The notes beneath the pieces were generated by a model. The model saw only the letters and a program-made list of their open reading frames with translations. It did not search any database and was not told the DNA's origin. The position numbers and the translations under genes are program-made. From an uncultured Candidatus Saccharibacteria bacterium (GTDB lineage: Bacteria > Patescibacteriota > Dojkabacteria > SC72), in the NCBI GenBank assembly GCA_964403155.1, contig CAYOEG010000003.1:21400-85399 (forward strand): a stretch of 64,000 nucleotides of DNA, read 5' to 3'. Positions 19,623-30,178 of this stretch are shown here, in pieces; positions within the stretch are counted from its first letter, which is position 1, and the number at the start of each line of letters is the position of its first letter.

Positions 19623-20697
19623 TATCGGAGGCCTGTATATTTGTAAGTATATATTCAAAAAACGGATTATTTACCATATTTGAATCGATAACATATACCT
19701 TCCCATTGGAAGAATTTGAAATCACACCAACCTCCCTGTCCTCTGTATTTGAACTAATTATTCCTCTTAAGCCACTTCCGACATTTGTAGAGATTACATA
19801 GGTATTAATAATGCCCCACCTTTCCTCTCCTTGCGCATTAATTTGGGTTATATAATCATTTAAAGCGTAGTCAATAGCTCTTTGTCCTGCAGTATCCATT
19901 GGAACAATATATACTTTTTCATCTTCTCCAATCTTTGAGAAAAGAATCTGTTGCAATTTAGGATCATACGAAGAAGCACTGTAAGAGATGAGGTATTCCT
20001 TTGGGATTTTTAATACCCATGGGAAGTCAGGAAGAAGATCCTGGGCTTCATCATCTGTAAGTAAAAGATTCATCTCTGTTTCTTCTTGTACTCTCTCTGC
20101 AAGAGCTGTATTGGCCTGATCTGTTGTTATTGTCTCATACCATACATCATTGTATTTTGAATATATCCTTAATCCCTTGTTATCCTTTGTCCAATATTGC
20201 CCATATTCTTTGTCTACAACCTCCATTGAAACCATTTGTACGAAACTCCATCCATAACCTGGGAGTGTTTCGGTGTAGAAATTAAAAGCATCTTCTGTAC
20301 TTGAATCCTTTGGTAATCTGTAGGCAGAGCTCCCACTACTGAGGAAGTTCTTTACAGAATCTAAATCTTGGCTATTTTGGAATATAAATGTTGATCCTGG
20401 GTATGCAGGAAGATCTTCTAGACCGGTAACGAATGTTAATTCAACATTCTTTTCGGTATTTCTAAGTGTATTGATATATTTTACTGCCAAAAAGACAACC
20501 GCGATTAGTACTATGCCTAGTAAAAGGAAGATACTGTATCCAGGTAATTTAAAATTTCTTTGCTTTGTTCTAGTAGGTTTTGATTTGAAAATTGATAGTT
20601 TCTTCTTGCGTTGTAGCTTAAAGGTGTTTTGTTTTACGGGCATATATACTTTTCCAGCTTTGTATGATGATTTGCCTACTTTTCTCTTGGGGTTCAT
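19609..20697 (-). CDS. Hypothetical membrane-anchored extracytoplasmic protein
   Basis: Basic N-terminus, then the TM helix IFLLLGIVLIAVVFLAV; no motif I recognise. The 3' end overlaps uvrC by 14 nt (convergent). Confidence 0.4.
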   Translation of the reverse strand: MNPKRKVGKSSYKAGKVYMPVKQNTFKLQRKKKLSIFKSKPTRTKQRNFKLPGYSIFLLLGIVLIAVVFLAVKYINTLRNTEKNVELTFVTGLEDLPAYPGSTFIFQNSQDLDSVKNFLSSGSSAYRLPKDSSTEDAFNFYTETLPGYGWSFVQMVSMEVVDKEYGQYWTKDNKGLRIYSKYNDVWYETITTDQANTALAERVQEETEMNLLLTDDEAQDLLPDFPWVLKIPKEYLISYSASSYDPKLQQILFSKIGEDEKVYIVPMDTAGQRAIDYALNDYITQINAQGEERWGIINTYVISTNVGSGLRGIISSNTEDREVGVISNSSNGKVYVIDSNMVNNPFFEYILTNIQASDTKKY

Positions 20698-20747
20698 AAT
20701 TTACATTATATATATTTTTTGATTTACAAGTATATATATTTTTGTAG

Positions 20748-20753
20748 TATAAT
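20748..20753 (+). promoter_or_regulatory. Candidate -10 hexamer TATAAT for tRNA-Gln
   Basis: TATAAT lies 12 nt upstream of the tRNA 5' end. TTTACA sits 19 nt upstream at 20723-20728 as a possible -35. The same TATAAT-to-tRNA spacing occurs upstream of tRNA-His. Confidence 0.3.
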
Positions 20754-20765
20754 CTCTTGTTTTAA

Positions 20766-20836
20766 TGCGGGATCGTCTAATGGTAGGACACTGGTCTTTG
20801 AAGCCAAGAATCATAGTTCGAATCTATGTCCCGCAA
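20766..20836 (+). tRNA. tRNA-Gln (anticodon TTG), no CCA encoded
   Basis: Acceptor TGCGGGA/TCCCGCA (7 Watson-Crick pairs, with the U1-A72 pair typical of tRNA-Gln), U8, D-stem GTCT/GGAC, anticodon loop CTTTGAA, T-arm CATAG-TTCGAAT-CTATG. The track ORF 20765-21079 is spurious. Confidence 0.8.
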
Positions 20837-20838
20837 GA

Positions 20839-21639
20839 TTATAACTTCCTCAACTGTTCTATTGCTTCTCTAGTAGCTTTCTCACCAATCTCTATCAACT
20901 TTGAAGGATTCTCAGCAAATGCTGTAATAGGTAAATCAGGATCAATAGGTAAATCTAAACCAACATCAGCTTTCTTAACACCCTCTTTAGAAAGATTATA
21001 CAAAGAAGTATCAATCATGGCCTCTATAACCTGCATAAAATTCAATTTATTAACGTCCAAGTGCTTAGGGAACATCTGAGAATACAGATTAACAGCAATA
21101 ACCCTCTGCGCACCCATATCCCTAACCACGTCTACTGGAACAGGATCTGTAGTACCCCCATCAATTAGTATTCTTTCTCCATTTTCAACTGGTTTGAAAA
21201 GAAGAGGTATAGACATACTTGCACGAATAGCGGTTTTCAAGCTTCCTTCTTTCATCACAACACGTTCGCCAGTATTAATATCTGTCGCTATCGCCGCAAA
21301 TGGAATCTTAGTATCTTGGACAAGCACATCATCAGGAATATATCCTCCAAGCATATTTAGAACCTTTTCGCCCTTAAAAATACTCGATTTAAGAGATGGA
21401 TCAAAAAAAGCATCAAACATCTCCCTGTAGCCCTGAGAATAGGCAAGCTCTTCTAAAACCTTGATATTTTTTGTATATGCATAGAATCCTCCAACTATTG
21501 CACCAATACTTGTACCAGCAATATAGTCGATGGCAATATTATTCTTTTCTAACTCCTTTATAACACCAATATGTGCCAAACCTTTTGCGGAGCCAGCTCC
21601 TAAAGCCAGGCCGATCTTCTTTTTAAATAAATGAAACAT
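20839..21639 (-). CDS. Patatin-like phospholipase
   Basis: Glycine-rich GLALGAGSAKG, nucleophile elbow GTSIG and catalytic DGG. Confidence 0.75.
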   Translation of the reverse strand: MFHLFKKKIGLALGAGSAKGLAHIGVIKELEKNNIAIDYIAGTSIGAIVGGFYAYTKNIKVLEELAYSQGYREMFDAFFDPSLKSSIFKGEKVLNMLGGYIPDDVLVQDTKIPFAAIATDINTGERVVMKEGSLKTAIRASMSIPLLFKPVENGERILIDGGTTDPVPVDVVRDMGAQRVIAVNLYSQMFPKHLDVNKLNFMQVIEAMIDTSLYNLSKEGVKKADVGLDLPIDPDLPITAFAENPSKLIEIGEKATREAIEQLRKL

Positions 21640-21649
21640 GCGCAGTATA

Positions 21650-23614
21650 TTATAAATTAGATTGTATCTCTTTAATTTGATCTCTTAACTCTGCAGCTTT
21701 CTCAAATTGCAAACTATCTGCCGCTAGAAGCATCTTGCTCTCAAGTTGTTTAATTAATAATTTCTTTTGTTTCTCATCTAGCTTTTCAATATATTCGTCA
21801 TCTACAGGTATCTCTTCTTTCTTTTCTACCAATGCTCCTCGTATCTCTTTTGTAATTGACTTAGGAGTAATGTTATTCTTTCTGTTGTATTCTAACTGAT
21901 ATTCACGTCTTCTGTTAGTCTCTGAGATGGCAGCTTTCATACTTCCTGTCATATTATCTGCATACATAATAACTCTACCCTCTATGTGCCTTGCAGCTCT
22001 CCCAATGGTCTGTATGAGACTTGTCTGTGAACGTAGAAACCCTTCTTTGTCAGCATCCAGTATAATTATAAGTGATACCTCTGGTAAATCGATACCCTCT
22101 CTCAGAAGATTAATACCAACCAGTACATCATAGTTTCCCAATCTTAAATCACGAAGAATATCTACTCGTTCTACAGTATCAATATCTGAATGTAGATATT
22201 GAACCTTAATACCAGAATCCTTCAAATAGTCTGTAAGATCTTCTGCCATACGTTTAGTAAGTGTTGTAACCAAAACTCTTTGTCCTTTTACTACATTCTT
22301 GGTTATCTCAGTAAGGACATCATCAATTTGCCCTTCTGTCTTTCTGACCTCTATTGTTGGATCTACAAGTCCGGTTGGCCTTGTTAGTAGTTCTACGACA
22401 GTTTTGTTGCTATCCATAATTTCATATTCATTTGGTGTTGCTGAGATATACAGCGTATTTCCTTGTTTTTTTACAAATTCATTAAAATTCAAAGGCCTAT
22501 TATCTCTTGCACTTGGTAATCTAAAACCATATTCGATCAAATTGTCCTTTCTTGCACGATCCCCGTTATACATTCCCCCTACCTGGGGAATTGTGATGTG
22601 TGATTCATCAATGAACATTAAATAGTCTTCAGGGAAGTAATCCAGAAGTGTAAATGGAGGTTCACCAGTTTTCCTACCATCGAAATATATGGAATAGTTT
22701 TCCATACTTTTACAGTATCCAACTTGCTCAAGCATTTCGATATCGTAGTTAGTCTTCTGTTCTAATCTGTATGCTTCAACGTCTTTACCAATATTTCTCA
22801 AAAATGCTAATCGCTCAGTAAGATCTTTTTGAATTCGCTGTATGGCAGTACAGATTACATCTGCAGAATATACTAACGACGTGGCAGGAAATATTAGTAC
22901 TTCTTTCAATTCTTCAATCTTGTGTTTAGAAATTGGGTCTACACGATATATATTCTCAATGGTATTTCCCCACATCTCGATACGAAGTGAAGCTTCATCA
23001 TATGGTGGGAATATCTCGATGATGTCACCGTTAATCCTAAATACTCCAGTATCGAAGTCATATGTATCTCGATCATACCTCATTAATACTAGGTCTCTGG
23101 CCAATTGTGAAATATCTATTTCATGTCCTTTTCTTAATTCTAATGTTTTGTTTTCGTAGTTTCCCGGGTCTCCGATATTGTAAATGCATGATACCGAAGC
23201 TATAACAACAGTATCTCTACGTGTTAATGCAGAATTCATTGCTGCAAACCTTAAATTCTCGATTGCCTTGTTCACCTCGGATTCTTTTTCAATGTAAAGA
23301 TCCTTAGTGGGAATGTATGCTTCAGGTTGATAGTAATCGTAATATGATACAAAGTATCTCACAGCGTTTCCAGGGAAAAACTCTTTAAATTCTTCATACA
23401 GTTGTGCTGCTAATGTTTTGTTGTGAGAAAGTATTAATGTCGGTCTGTTAAGTTGCTGTATAACATTGGCCATAACAAAAGTTTTACCGGAGCCTGTTAC
23501 TCCGAGTAAGGTCTGCCTATCTTTACCATTTTGCATATTTTGCAGTATCTGATCAACTGCTTTTTGTTGGTCTGAAGAAGCTTTGTATGGAGACTGTAGA
23601 TTGAATTTGTCCAT
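21650..23614 (-). CDS. uvrB: Excinuclease ABC subunit B
   Basis: FNLQSPYKASSDQQKAVDQI, Walker A GVTGSGKT, helicase motifs, and the C-terminal UVR domain (LESKMLLAADSLQFEKAAELRDQI). Confidence 0.95.
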   Translation of the reverse strand: MDKFNLQSPYKASSDQQKAVDQILQNMQNGKDRQTLLGVTGSGKTFVMANVIQQLNRPTLILSHNKTLAAQLYEEFKEFFPGNAVRYFVSYYDYYQPEAYIPTKDLYIEKESEVNKAIENLRFAAMNSALTRRDTVVIASVSCIYNIGDPGNYENKTLELRKGHEIDISQLARDLVLMRYDRDTYDFDTGVFRINGDIIEIFPPYDEASLRIEMWGNTIENIYRVDPISKHKIEELKEVLIFPATSLVYSADVICTAIQRIQKDLTERLAFLRNIGKDVEAYRLEQKTNYDIEMLEQVGYCKSMENYSIYFDGRKTGEPPFTLLDYFPEDYLMFIDESHITIPQVGGMYNGDRARKDNLIEYGFRLPSARDNRPLNFNEFVKKQGNTLYISATPNEYEIMDSNKTVVELLTRPTGLVDPTIEVRKTEGQIDDVLTEITKNVVKGQRVLVTTLTKRMAEDLTDYLKDSGIKVQYLHSDIDTVERVDILRDLRLGNYDVLVGINLLREGIDLPEVSLIIILDADKEGFLRSQTSLIQTIGRAARHIEGRVIMYADNMTGSMKAAISETNRRREYQLEYNRKNNITPKSITKEIRGALVEKKEEIPVDDEYIEKLDEKQKKLLIKQLESKMLLAADSLQFEKAAELRDQIKEIQSNL

Positions 23615-23657
23615 CTCAAGATTCTAGCAGATATGGGTTTGTGTTAAAATAGCAGAT

Positions 23658-25478
23658 ATGGATAGACCAAAGTTAAACAAGTTAAGCCAAGAGGTAGTAA
23701 ATCAGATCGCGGCAGGAGAGGTAATTGAAAGACCTGCGTCTGTGCTAAAGGAGCTTTTAGACAACAGTATTGATGCACAGGCTATAAAAATTGTAGTAAA
23801 GATTAGAAATGGCGGTATGGATATGATTGAGGTGAGTGATGATGGTATTGGAATACCGAGTGAAAATTTGTCAGAAATATTCGATGCGCATACTACATCC
23901 AAAATAAAGAGTATAGAGGATTTGAATACATTGATGAGTATGGGATTTAGAGGCGAGGCGTTATCATCCATAACTTCCGTGTCAAAGGTTACTGTTCAAT
24001 CAAAATACAAAGACGAGGATGTTGCTTATGAGCTATCCTACAATGATAATGGTAAATCAGATGTAAAAAAATGTGCGAGAGAAGAGGGTACTTTAGTTAA
24101 AGTTGAAGACCTTTTCTACAATATTCCAGCAAGAAAAAAATATCTTAAATCAGCGCAAACTGAGTACAGGAAGATATATGAGACAATTTCAAAGTACTTA
24201 TTAACATACCCGAATATCCATTTTGTTGTTGAGAAAGATGGTAAAAAAATCTTAGATATGCCAATTGTGAAGGATGCTAAGCCGGGGGATATCGTCAAAG
24301 AGAGAGCACGAGAGGTATTTGCAGATGAAGAAAGTTTGGAGGTTTTCTATGATGGCTCTGGAATAACTATAAAAGGACTCTCTGCGCATCCTTCCTCTCA
24401 TAAAGCGAAATCATCGAAGCAGGTTGTTTTTGTTAACCATCGTGCTATTACTGATCGTGGAATTATTCGTGCAGTGTATGAAGGTTATTCCAGATTCCTA
24501 CCATTTGGAGAAAAGATTTCTTTTGTATTGGGAATTGATATTAAGCCAGAACTTGTAGATGTTAATGTACATCCGAGAAAAGAAGAAGTTAGATTTGAAA
24601 ATGCCTTTAGGGTATATTCCGCAGTTGAGGAAGCTATTAGACATACATTAGAAAAGGCCTTGTCGTTTAACAACACCCACCTCGAGGAATCATCTTCTTC
24701 TGCAGTGAGTAGCTCTTTTGATAGTATCAGACAGAACTTCGCTAACGCAAAGTCGATATCTGTACCTAAGCCATATTCTGAAATCAAGTTTAACAACAAG
24801 GCCTCATCTGTAAGAGACAGTCTGTTGTTCTCGCAGGAGGTGCTTCAAAACACATTTTCAGCTAAGATACCGGAACATATATCCCAGGATGAGGGAAAAG
24901 GGATATCCAGTGTCAGAAATATTTTTCAGATTTTTAATAAATATATTGTTGTAGAGTTTGAAGATGAACATCTCTGGGTTATAGATCAGCATGCCGCTGC
25001 GGAGAGAATTAATTTTGAAAAATTATCCAACAGAGAAACTAAATCAAATGTACAGACATTACTCGTGCCCCAAGAAGTAAAGCTCTCGAAAGAGCAAATC
25101 CTGTTTTTAAAGGAGCAAAAAGAGTTTTTTAAAGGGATGGGTTTTGCTTTTAATATAAAAGATTCGGGTATTGAGATTCTTACAACTCCTGTTGAGTTTA
25201 TGTTTGATATTCAATCCATGTTTAATGAAATCTTTGAACTTTCAGATGACCCCATGATTTTGAAACAGAATTTTGATAAGCTAAAACAAGACATACTTGC
25301 TACCATAGCATGCCATTTGAGTGTACGTTCAGGACAAAAATTAGATAGAAGCGAGATGTTGAGTATGTATAAAGAGCTATCTGAATGTAAAAATGAATAT
25401 AGCTGCCCGCATGGAAGACCCGCTATATGGAAAATGAGTTTGAGTGATATAGATAAAAATTTTGAAAGGACATACTAA
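23658..25478 (+). CDS. mutL: DNA mismatch repair protein MutL
   Basis: GHKL ATPase N-terminus (LSQEVVNQIAAGEVIERPASVLKELLDNSIDA) and the C-terminal dimerisation domain. Confidence 0.9.
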   Translation: MDRPKLNKLSQEVVNQIAAGEVIERPASVLKELLDNSIDAQAIKIVVKIRNGGMDMIEVSDDGIGIPSENLSEIFDAHTTSKIKSIEDLNTLMSMGFRGEALSSITSVSKVTVQSKYKDEDVAYELSYNDNGKSDVKKCAREEGTLVKVEDLFYNIPARKKYLKSAQTEYRKIYETISKYLLTYPNIHFVVEKDGKKILDMPIVKDAKPGDIVKERAREVFADEESLEVFYDGSGITIKGLSAHPSSHKAKSSKQVVFVNHRAITDRGIIRAVYEGYSRFLPFGEKISFVLGIDIKPELVDVNVHPRKEEVRFENAFRVYSAVEEAIRHTLEKALSFNNTHLEESSSSAVSSSFDSIRQNFANAKSISVPKPYSEIKFNNKASSVRDSLLFSQEVLQNTFSAKIPEHISQDEGKGISSVRNIFQIFNKYIVVEFEDEHLWVIDQHAAAERINFEKLSNRETKSNVQTLLVPQEVKLSKEQILFLKEQKEFFKGMGFAFNIKDSGIEILTTPVEFMFDIQSMFNEIFELSDDPMILKQNFDKLKQDILATIACHLSVRSGQKLDRSEMLSMYKELSECKNEYSCPHGRPAIWKMSLSDIDKNFERTY

Positions 25479-26188
25479 TGAAAACAGGAACACTATACCT
25501 AATACCTACCCCTATAGATAATAACGAGCTAAAAGATATCCTTCTGCCCAAAGATTTGCCTTTAGTAAGTAAATTAAAGCATTTCATTGTTGAGACTCCT
25601 AAGAATGCAAGGCGGAATCTTGGTACTTTGACTATGGAGACTGTAATGCAGGAGATTGATATGCAAGAGTTAAGCGAACATACCAAGGATAATCAATTGA
25701 AAGCTTTACTTGAGCCCGCTATGCAGGGTTTTGATATGGGATTGATGGCTGATGCAGGATTACCAAGTATTGCAGATCCAGGATACAGGGTTGTCATCGA
25801 GGCCCAGAAGTTTGATATTAAAGTTGTACCACTTGTTGGGCCATCATCTATAGTTTTAGCTTTAATGGGATCGGGTCTTAATGGGCAGAATTTTGCATTT
25901 AATGGATATATTCCTGTTGATAAGGAAGAATTAAAAACGAAAATCAGGTTGTTAGAGTCTCTTTGTCACAAAATTGGACAGACACAAATCTTTATGGATA
26001 CACCATATCGGAATCAAAAGCTTTATGAATGTATATTAGAAGTTTGTAATCCAAACACCTATCTATGTGTAGCACTAAATGTTGGTAATGATGATGGATA
26101 TATTAAGACTATGAAAATATTCGACTGGAGAAAGAGTAGAGCTGTTTTGCCTAAAACCCCCTGTTTATTTTTAATCAACAAAGCATAA
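25478..26188 (+). CDS. rsmI: 16S rRNA (cytidine1402-2'-O)-methyltransferase
   Basis: GTLYLIPTPIDN start, typical of the RsmI tetrapyrrole-methylase fold. Confidence 0.8.
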   Translation: MKTGTLYLIPTPIDNNELKDILLPKDLPLVSKLKHFIVETPKNARRNLGTLTMETVMQEIDMQELSEHTKDNQLKALLEPAMQGFDMGLMADAGLPSIADPGYRVVIEAQKFDIKVVPLVGPSSIVLALMGSGLNGQNFAFNGYIPVDKEELKTKIRLLESLCHKIGQTQIFMDTPYRNQKLYECILEVCNPNTYLCVALNVGNDDGYIKTMKIFDWRKSRAVLPKTPCLFLINKA

Positions 26189-27390
26189 TGCCATCATTCA
26201 TTGGCTCTATACCAACAATTGATGCTTCCGATATGGAGCTTGCGAAAAATATTTCAAACGGCAAAATAGATACTTGTAGAAGTCGCGAGTACGTCAGTAG
26301 TGGAATGAAAAGGATTTTGGGTAAAGAGGATCTATTCTTTTTCAACAGAGGGAGGGAATCGATCTATGTGGCATTGCAGACATTGGGTGTATCTCAAGAT
26401 GATGAGGTTTTAATTCAAGCTATGACGTGTAGTGCAGTCGTTGCCCCAATATTATGTCTAGGTGCAAATCCCATCTATGTAGATATTTCAAAACAAACTC
26501 TTAATATTGATATAGACGATTTGGAAAGGAAGATAACGCCTAGAGCAAAGGCATTAATAGTTCAGCATACGTTTGGGAAATTTGCGGAGATGGAGAAGAT
26601 AGAGAAAATTTGCAAAGCCAATGGCATTAAGATAATTGAAGATTGTGCACATCTTTTCAGAAGTGATGTACAAGATACAGTTGTTAATAGGTTTAGTGAT
26701 ATCTCAATCTTTAGTTTCGCTCAGGACAAGGCAATAAGTAGTGTAACAGGAGGGTTATTGGTGGTTAATAACTCCGATTATGTTGAAAAAGTTAACACTT
26801 TGTACAAAGTGTGCCGTAATCATACCATGCAAGAAACAAAATACCCGCTTTCATACCTAAAACTTTGGGATTTTGCTAAGCGATACTATTTCACTCCATT
26901 GGTGCCTTTTCAAAAACGAATAACGATAGGGAAGGTGGCGATAATGACTAGTAGGTGGCTTGGGATAACTAAACAGCAGGCAACTGAGGTGCTGGATAGA
27001 GAAATAGTTCCAACCAAAATTAGTGATATACAATATGCGCTTTTGGGAAATCAACTTAAGAAATTAGAGAAATTAAATAGTCATAGACGTGATATTTTGA
27101 AAATATACGATGAAAAATCAGGCGAATTGTTGATTCGATACCCTGTGTTAGTTGAAAATCCGGAATTAGTTTTAAATATATTGAGTCAAAATAGATATCT
27201 TTGTGGTAGATGGTATAACAGTATTGTATTCCCGATGAAAGACCTGAGGACTACTGGATATATTCAAGGAAGTTGTCCTGATGCAGAGTATGTTGTAAAG
27301 CATATCATTAATCTTCCATTAGACATGGATATTTCAGAATCAGATGCCATGAATATCAAGGGAATTGTTTCTAAATTTTTGATACACTAG
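26188..27390 (+). CDS. DegT/DnrJ/EryC1/StrS-family PLP-dependent sugar aminotransferase
   Basis: Fold-type I pattern: IEDCAHL, and FSFAQDKAISSVTGGLLVV with the PLP-binding Lys. Confidence 0.65.
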   Translation: MPSFIGSIPTIDASDMELAKNISNGKIDTCRSREYVSSGMKRILGKEDLFFFNRGRESIYVALQTLGVSQDDEVLIQAMTCSAVVAPILCLGANPIYVDISKQTLNIDIDDLERKITPRAKALIVQHTFGKFAEMEKIEKICKANGIKIIEDCAHLFRSDVQDTVVNRFSDISIFSFAQDKAISSVTGGLLVVNNSDYVEKVNTLYKVCRNHTMQETKYPLSYLKLWDFAKRYYFTPLVPFQKRITIGKVAIMTSRWLGITKQQATEVLDREIVPTKISDIQYALLGNQLKKLEKLNSHRRDILKIYDEKSGELLIRYPVLVENPELVLNILSQNRYLCGRWYNSIVFPMKDLRTTGYIQGSCPDAEYVVKHIINLPLDMDISESDAMNIKGIVSKFLIH

Positions 27391-27394
27391 TCCT

Positions 27395-28456
27395 ATGTCA
27401 GTTATTGAATTCAAGGAAGCTACAAATGATCAAGAATGGGATGAGAAGGTTTTATCACTTCCTAACTATTCATTTTTAAACTCTAGTGCGAGGTATCAGT
27501 ATTTGAAAAATTCAGGAAGCAATACTTTTAGATATTATATTTACCAAGATAACAATTTTGTTGGCATAGTTGCTGGTAATATTGGTCATTCAAAAATATT
27601 CGGGAGATTTTTAGAGTGTAAGCACTCTCCATTGCTAAAAAGTAGCTCAAAAGAGCTATGGGCTGAAATAATGGGCTTCTGTAAGACTTTAGGACGCAAG
27701 AATAGATGCTTCATGGTACGATTAGTCCCTCTTGTTAGAGAGGATTTGAACCTTTCGGGAGCGTATACATCAGAGGGAGCTATTATTGCACCAATCCATA
27801 ATGTCGATGCATTAATCTCTCAATATTTTGATATGAATAAGTCCGAAGATGAACTTAGACATGACATGACAGATTCGACAAGGAATAATATTAATAAATT
27901 ATCCAAGAATCCTGATATTTCAATTAAGATTTTTGATGATAATTCTCAGTTTGATGTTTTCAGGAATTTCCATGAACAGACAAAGAAGATAAAGGGGTAT
28001 GTTGATAGACCAGCAAAATTACTGTTAAGCGAGCTCCAGGTACAGATTGATAATCACATGTGCTATATGATCGTCGGCTACTTTAAAGATCGACCAATCA
28101 GTATCTGGCAATGTACGATATTTGGGAAATATATGCATATATACCAAGCAGGAAGCGATACCGAGTTCAGAGAAAAAAATATTCGTGTTACATACCTTCT
28201 TTTTTGGGAGGCGGTTAAACTTGCTAAGCAGCTAGGGTGTGCAGTATTAGATCTTTTTGGTGGTATGACACCCCCTTCGTATACAGGCAGCAAACATCCA
28301 TGGAGAGGAGTGAGTTCATTTAAAGAAAGTCTAGGAGGAGAAAAGATAGTATATTTACATAGTAGAGATTTACCTTTAAATACACCAAAGTATTGGTTGT
28401 ACTACATCTATTCCTATATCAGGACTTCGCTCAAGGGATATACAATTAAGTGGTAA
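27395..28456 (+). CDS. FemAB-family (aminoacyl-tRNA-dependent peptidoglycan peptide-bridge transferase)-like protein
   Basis: The C-terminal YQAGSDTEFREKNIRVTYLLFWEAVKLAKQLGCAVLDLFGG resembles FemABX Y...YLLQWEAIKWAK..G....DFGG. Confidence 0.45.
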   Translation: MSVIEFKEATNDQEWDEKVLSLPNYSFLNSSARYQYLKNSGSNTFRYYIYQDNNFVGIVAGNIGHSKIFGRFLECKHSPLLKSSSKELWAEIMGFCKTLGRKNRCFMVRLVPLVREDLNLSGAYTSEGAIIAPIHNVDALISQYFDMNKSEDELRHDMTDSTRNNINKLSKNPDISIKIFDDNSQFDVFRNFHEQTKKIKGYVDRPAKLLLSELQVQIDNHMCYMIVGYFKDRPISIWQCTIFGKYMHIYQAGSDTEFREKNIRVTYLLFWEAVKLAKQLGCAVLDLFGGMTPPSYTGSKHPWRGVSSFKESLGGEKIVYLHSRDLPLNTPKYWLYYIYSYIRTSLKGYTIKW

Positions 28457-28458
28457 TT

Positions 28459-30174
28459 CTACCAACTTCCTCCACCACCGCCACCAAATCCACCGCCACT
28501 TGATCCTCCGCTAAATCCGCTTCCGCCAAAGCTTCCATGTGATGAAGAGTAACCTCTTGAGCTATTTGTAGCAACAGCCCTAGTAGCTATTTGTTGGTTC
28601 ATATGAGTTAGAGAATTGGCTAGAATATATGAATTAAAGAAATTATTATTCCCGTCATACCACTCAGGAGGTGTTGTATATAAATCTTCAAATTCTTTAG
28701 CCCATTTCTTCTCTAAACCAAATATGATGGCATAAGGGAGTAACTTCTCAAAAACCCCAAGATATTTCTTAGGGTTATCATGGAATTCAATTCTATGCTT
28801 CTCAGCAGTATTAATATACATTTTAAGCCCTTCCAGTTCATAAAAAAGCTCATTACCTTTTGCATCACGTTTATCTATTTGCGTAGCAAATATTATTATC
28901 ACAACAAACGAGATAAGCAGCCCAAAGAACCAACTCATTGCTGCATGGTCAGAGAAAAATCCTGCAGATGCGAAGATCAAGAAAAGGCCAACAACTCCAA
29001 GTGCTAAGTATCCACCGGATATATTACTTTGCTTTTTTGAGAAATATCCATCTTCATACATTCGTTTATCCAACGATCCTCTCAAAGTATTTATTGTATT
29101 GAAGAATTTTGTGCTAAGTTTCTTTATACTTATGGTATCGCCACTATCAAACAAACCGTCGTATAATTTACGCTCATCATTGTCATCGGGAGCTGTCTTC
29201 TCGGTTTTGATAAGCTCATAATCCTTCTCGGAGATTTGTTTTATTTTTATATATTTGTTTATCGCTTGGTATATTATCTCTGCAGATATGGCGTTATTTG
29301 GTAGATTCTTCTTGTATACATATGCTGCGATTAAAGGATTGATACCCTTTGGAGCATCGTAGTGTGGGATCACAGTAAGTTTTTTGTTCTTTTTGTATAT
29401 TTTTGACAAAAAAATAACGAGAATAATAACTGGAATTGGTAAAAGAACTCCTAAGTTCGCTAATATTGTCTGAATCCGCTGTTGCGATGTTGTATCTGCG
29501 ACTGTTCCCTTTGGCATTGCTACAACAACTGTAAGCCCCTCATACACATCAAGCAGGCCCGCTTTTACAGTTAAGCTATTATATTCAGTGCTTTTCTTTG
29601 CTATGCAGTTGGTATATGTCTCTTCGTAATACCCAGTATAGCAACGATAGTCTGTGATTGTACCTGGAAGATTTATTGTGGTTTCAACATTTTGAATAGG
29701 CACTTCCCAGCCGTTCCCAGTTATGTTCAAATATAGTTCATCATGATCATCAAAGTAATTAACTGCATATGTAAGTTTGTAATCTATAACGTAGGTATAA
29801 TTGCCAATAATGGTTTCTTCTGCATCGCCAATTTTGAATATTGTGTAACCATTCGAAGAATCTTTCTCATATGAATCATACTTATCGCTGGGATTAGAAG
29901 TTTTGAAGTAGTAGAGATCCTTTAATTTGAGAAGTGTAGGCCTCGTGAATGAGCCCTGGGTTTTGTAATTTGTTGGAATCTCTCTATATATACCATGACG
30001 ATAGCTAGTAAAAACGTAATCTATCGTCTCATTGATGTCGATAGATGCATCTTGATTGAAAGTGACGTTACTGTTGAAATTCTTTATGTAATCGGAATCT
30101 GTTTGTGCGGATACCTTGCATGGTAATACAAAAGCAATTAGGCCTAAAAGGACTACAAAAAAGAATTTCTTCAT
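28459..30174 (-). CDS. DUF2207-domain membrane protein with a C-terminal Gly-rich tail
   Basis: Signal peptide, extracytoplasmic N-domain, central TM block, and the tail GSFGGSGFSGGSSGGGFGGGGGGSW. It lies downstream of LemA, as in the common LemA-DUF2207 pairing. Confidence 0.55.
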   Translation of the reverse strand: MKKFFFVVLLGLIAFVLPCKVSAQTDSDYIKNFNSNVTFNQDASIDINETIDYVFTSYRHGIYREIPTNYKTQGSFTRPTLLKLKDLYYFKTSNPSDKYDSYEKDSSNGYTIFKIGDAEETIIGNYTYVIDYKLTYAVNYFDDHDELYLNITGNGWEVPIQNVETTINLPGTITDYRCYTGYYEETYTNCIAKKSTEYNSLTVKAGLLDVYEGLTVVVAMPKGTVADTTSQQRIQTILANLGVLLPIPVIILVIFLSKIYKKNKKLTVIPHYDAPKGINPLIAAYVYKKNLPNNAISAEIIYQAINKYIKIKQISEKDYELIKTEKTAPDDNDERKLYDGLFDSGDTISIKKLSTKFFNTINTLRGSLDKRMYEDGYFSKKQSNISGGYLALGVVGLFLIFASAGFFSDHAAMSWFFGLLISFVVIIIFATQIDKRDAKGNELFYELEGLKMYINTAEKHRIEFHDNPKKYLGVFEKLLPYAIIFGLEKKWAKEFEDLYTTPPEWYDGNNNFFNSYILANSLTHMNQQIATRAVATNSSRGYSSSHGSFGGSGFSGGSSGGGFGGGGGGSW

Positions 30175-30178
30175 AAGT

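Noticed and set aside
20765-21079. Track ORF 20765-21079 (+), 104 aa
   Set aside because: It starts inside tRNA-Gln and runs antisense through the 3' end of the patatin gene. It has no motif and is an AT-rich chance ORF.
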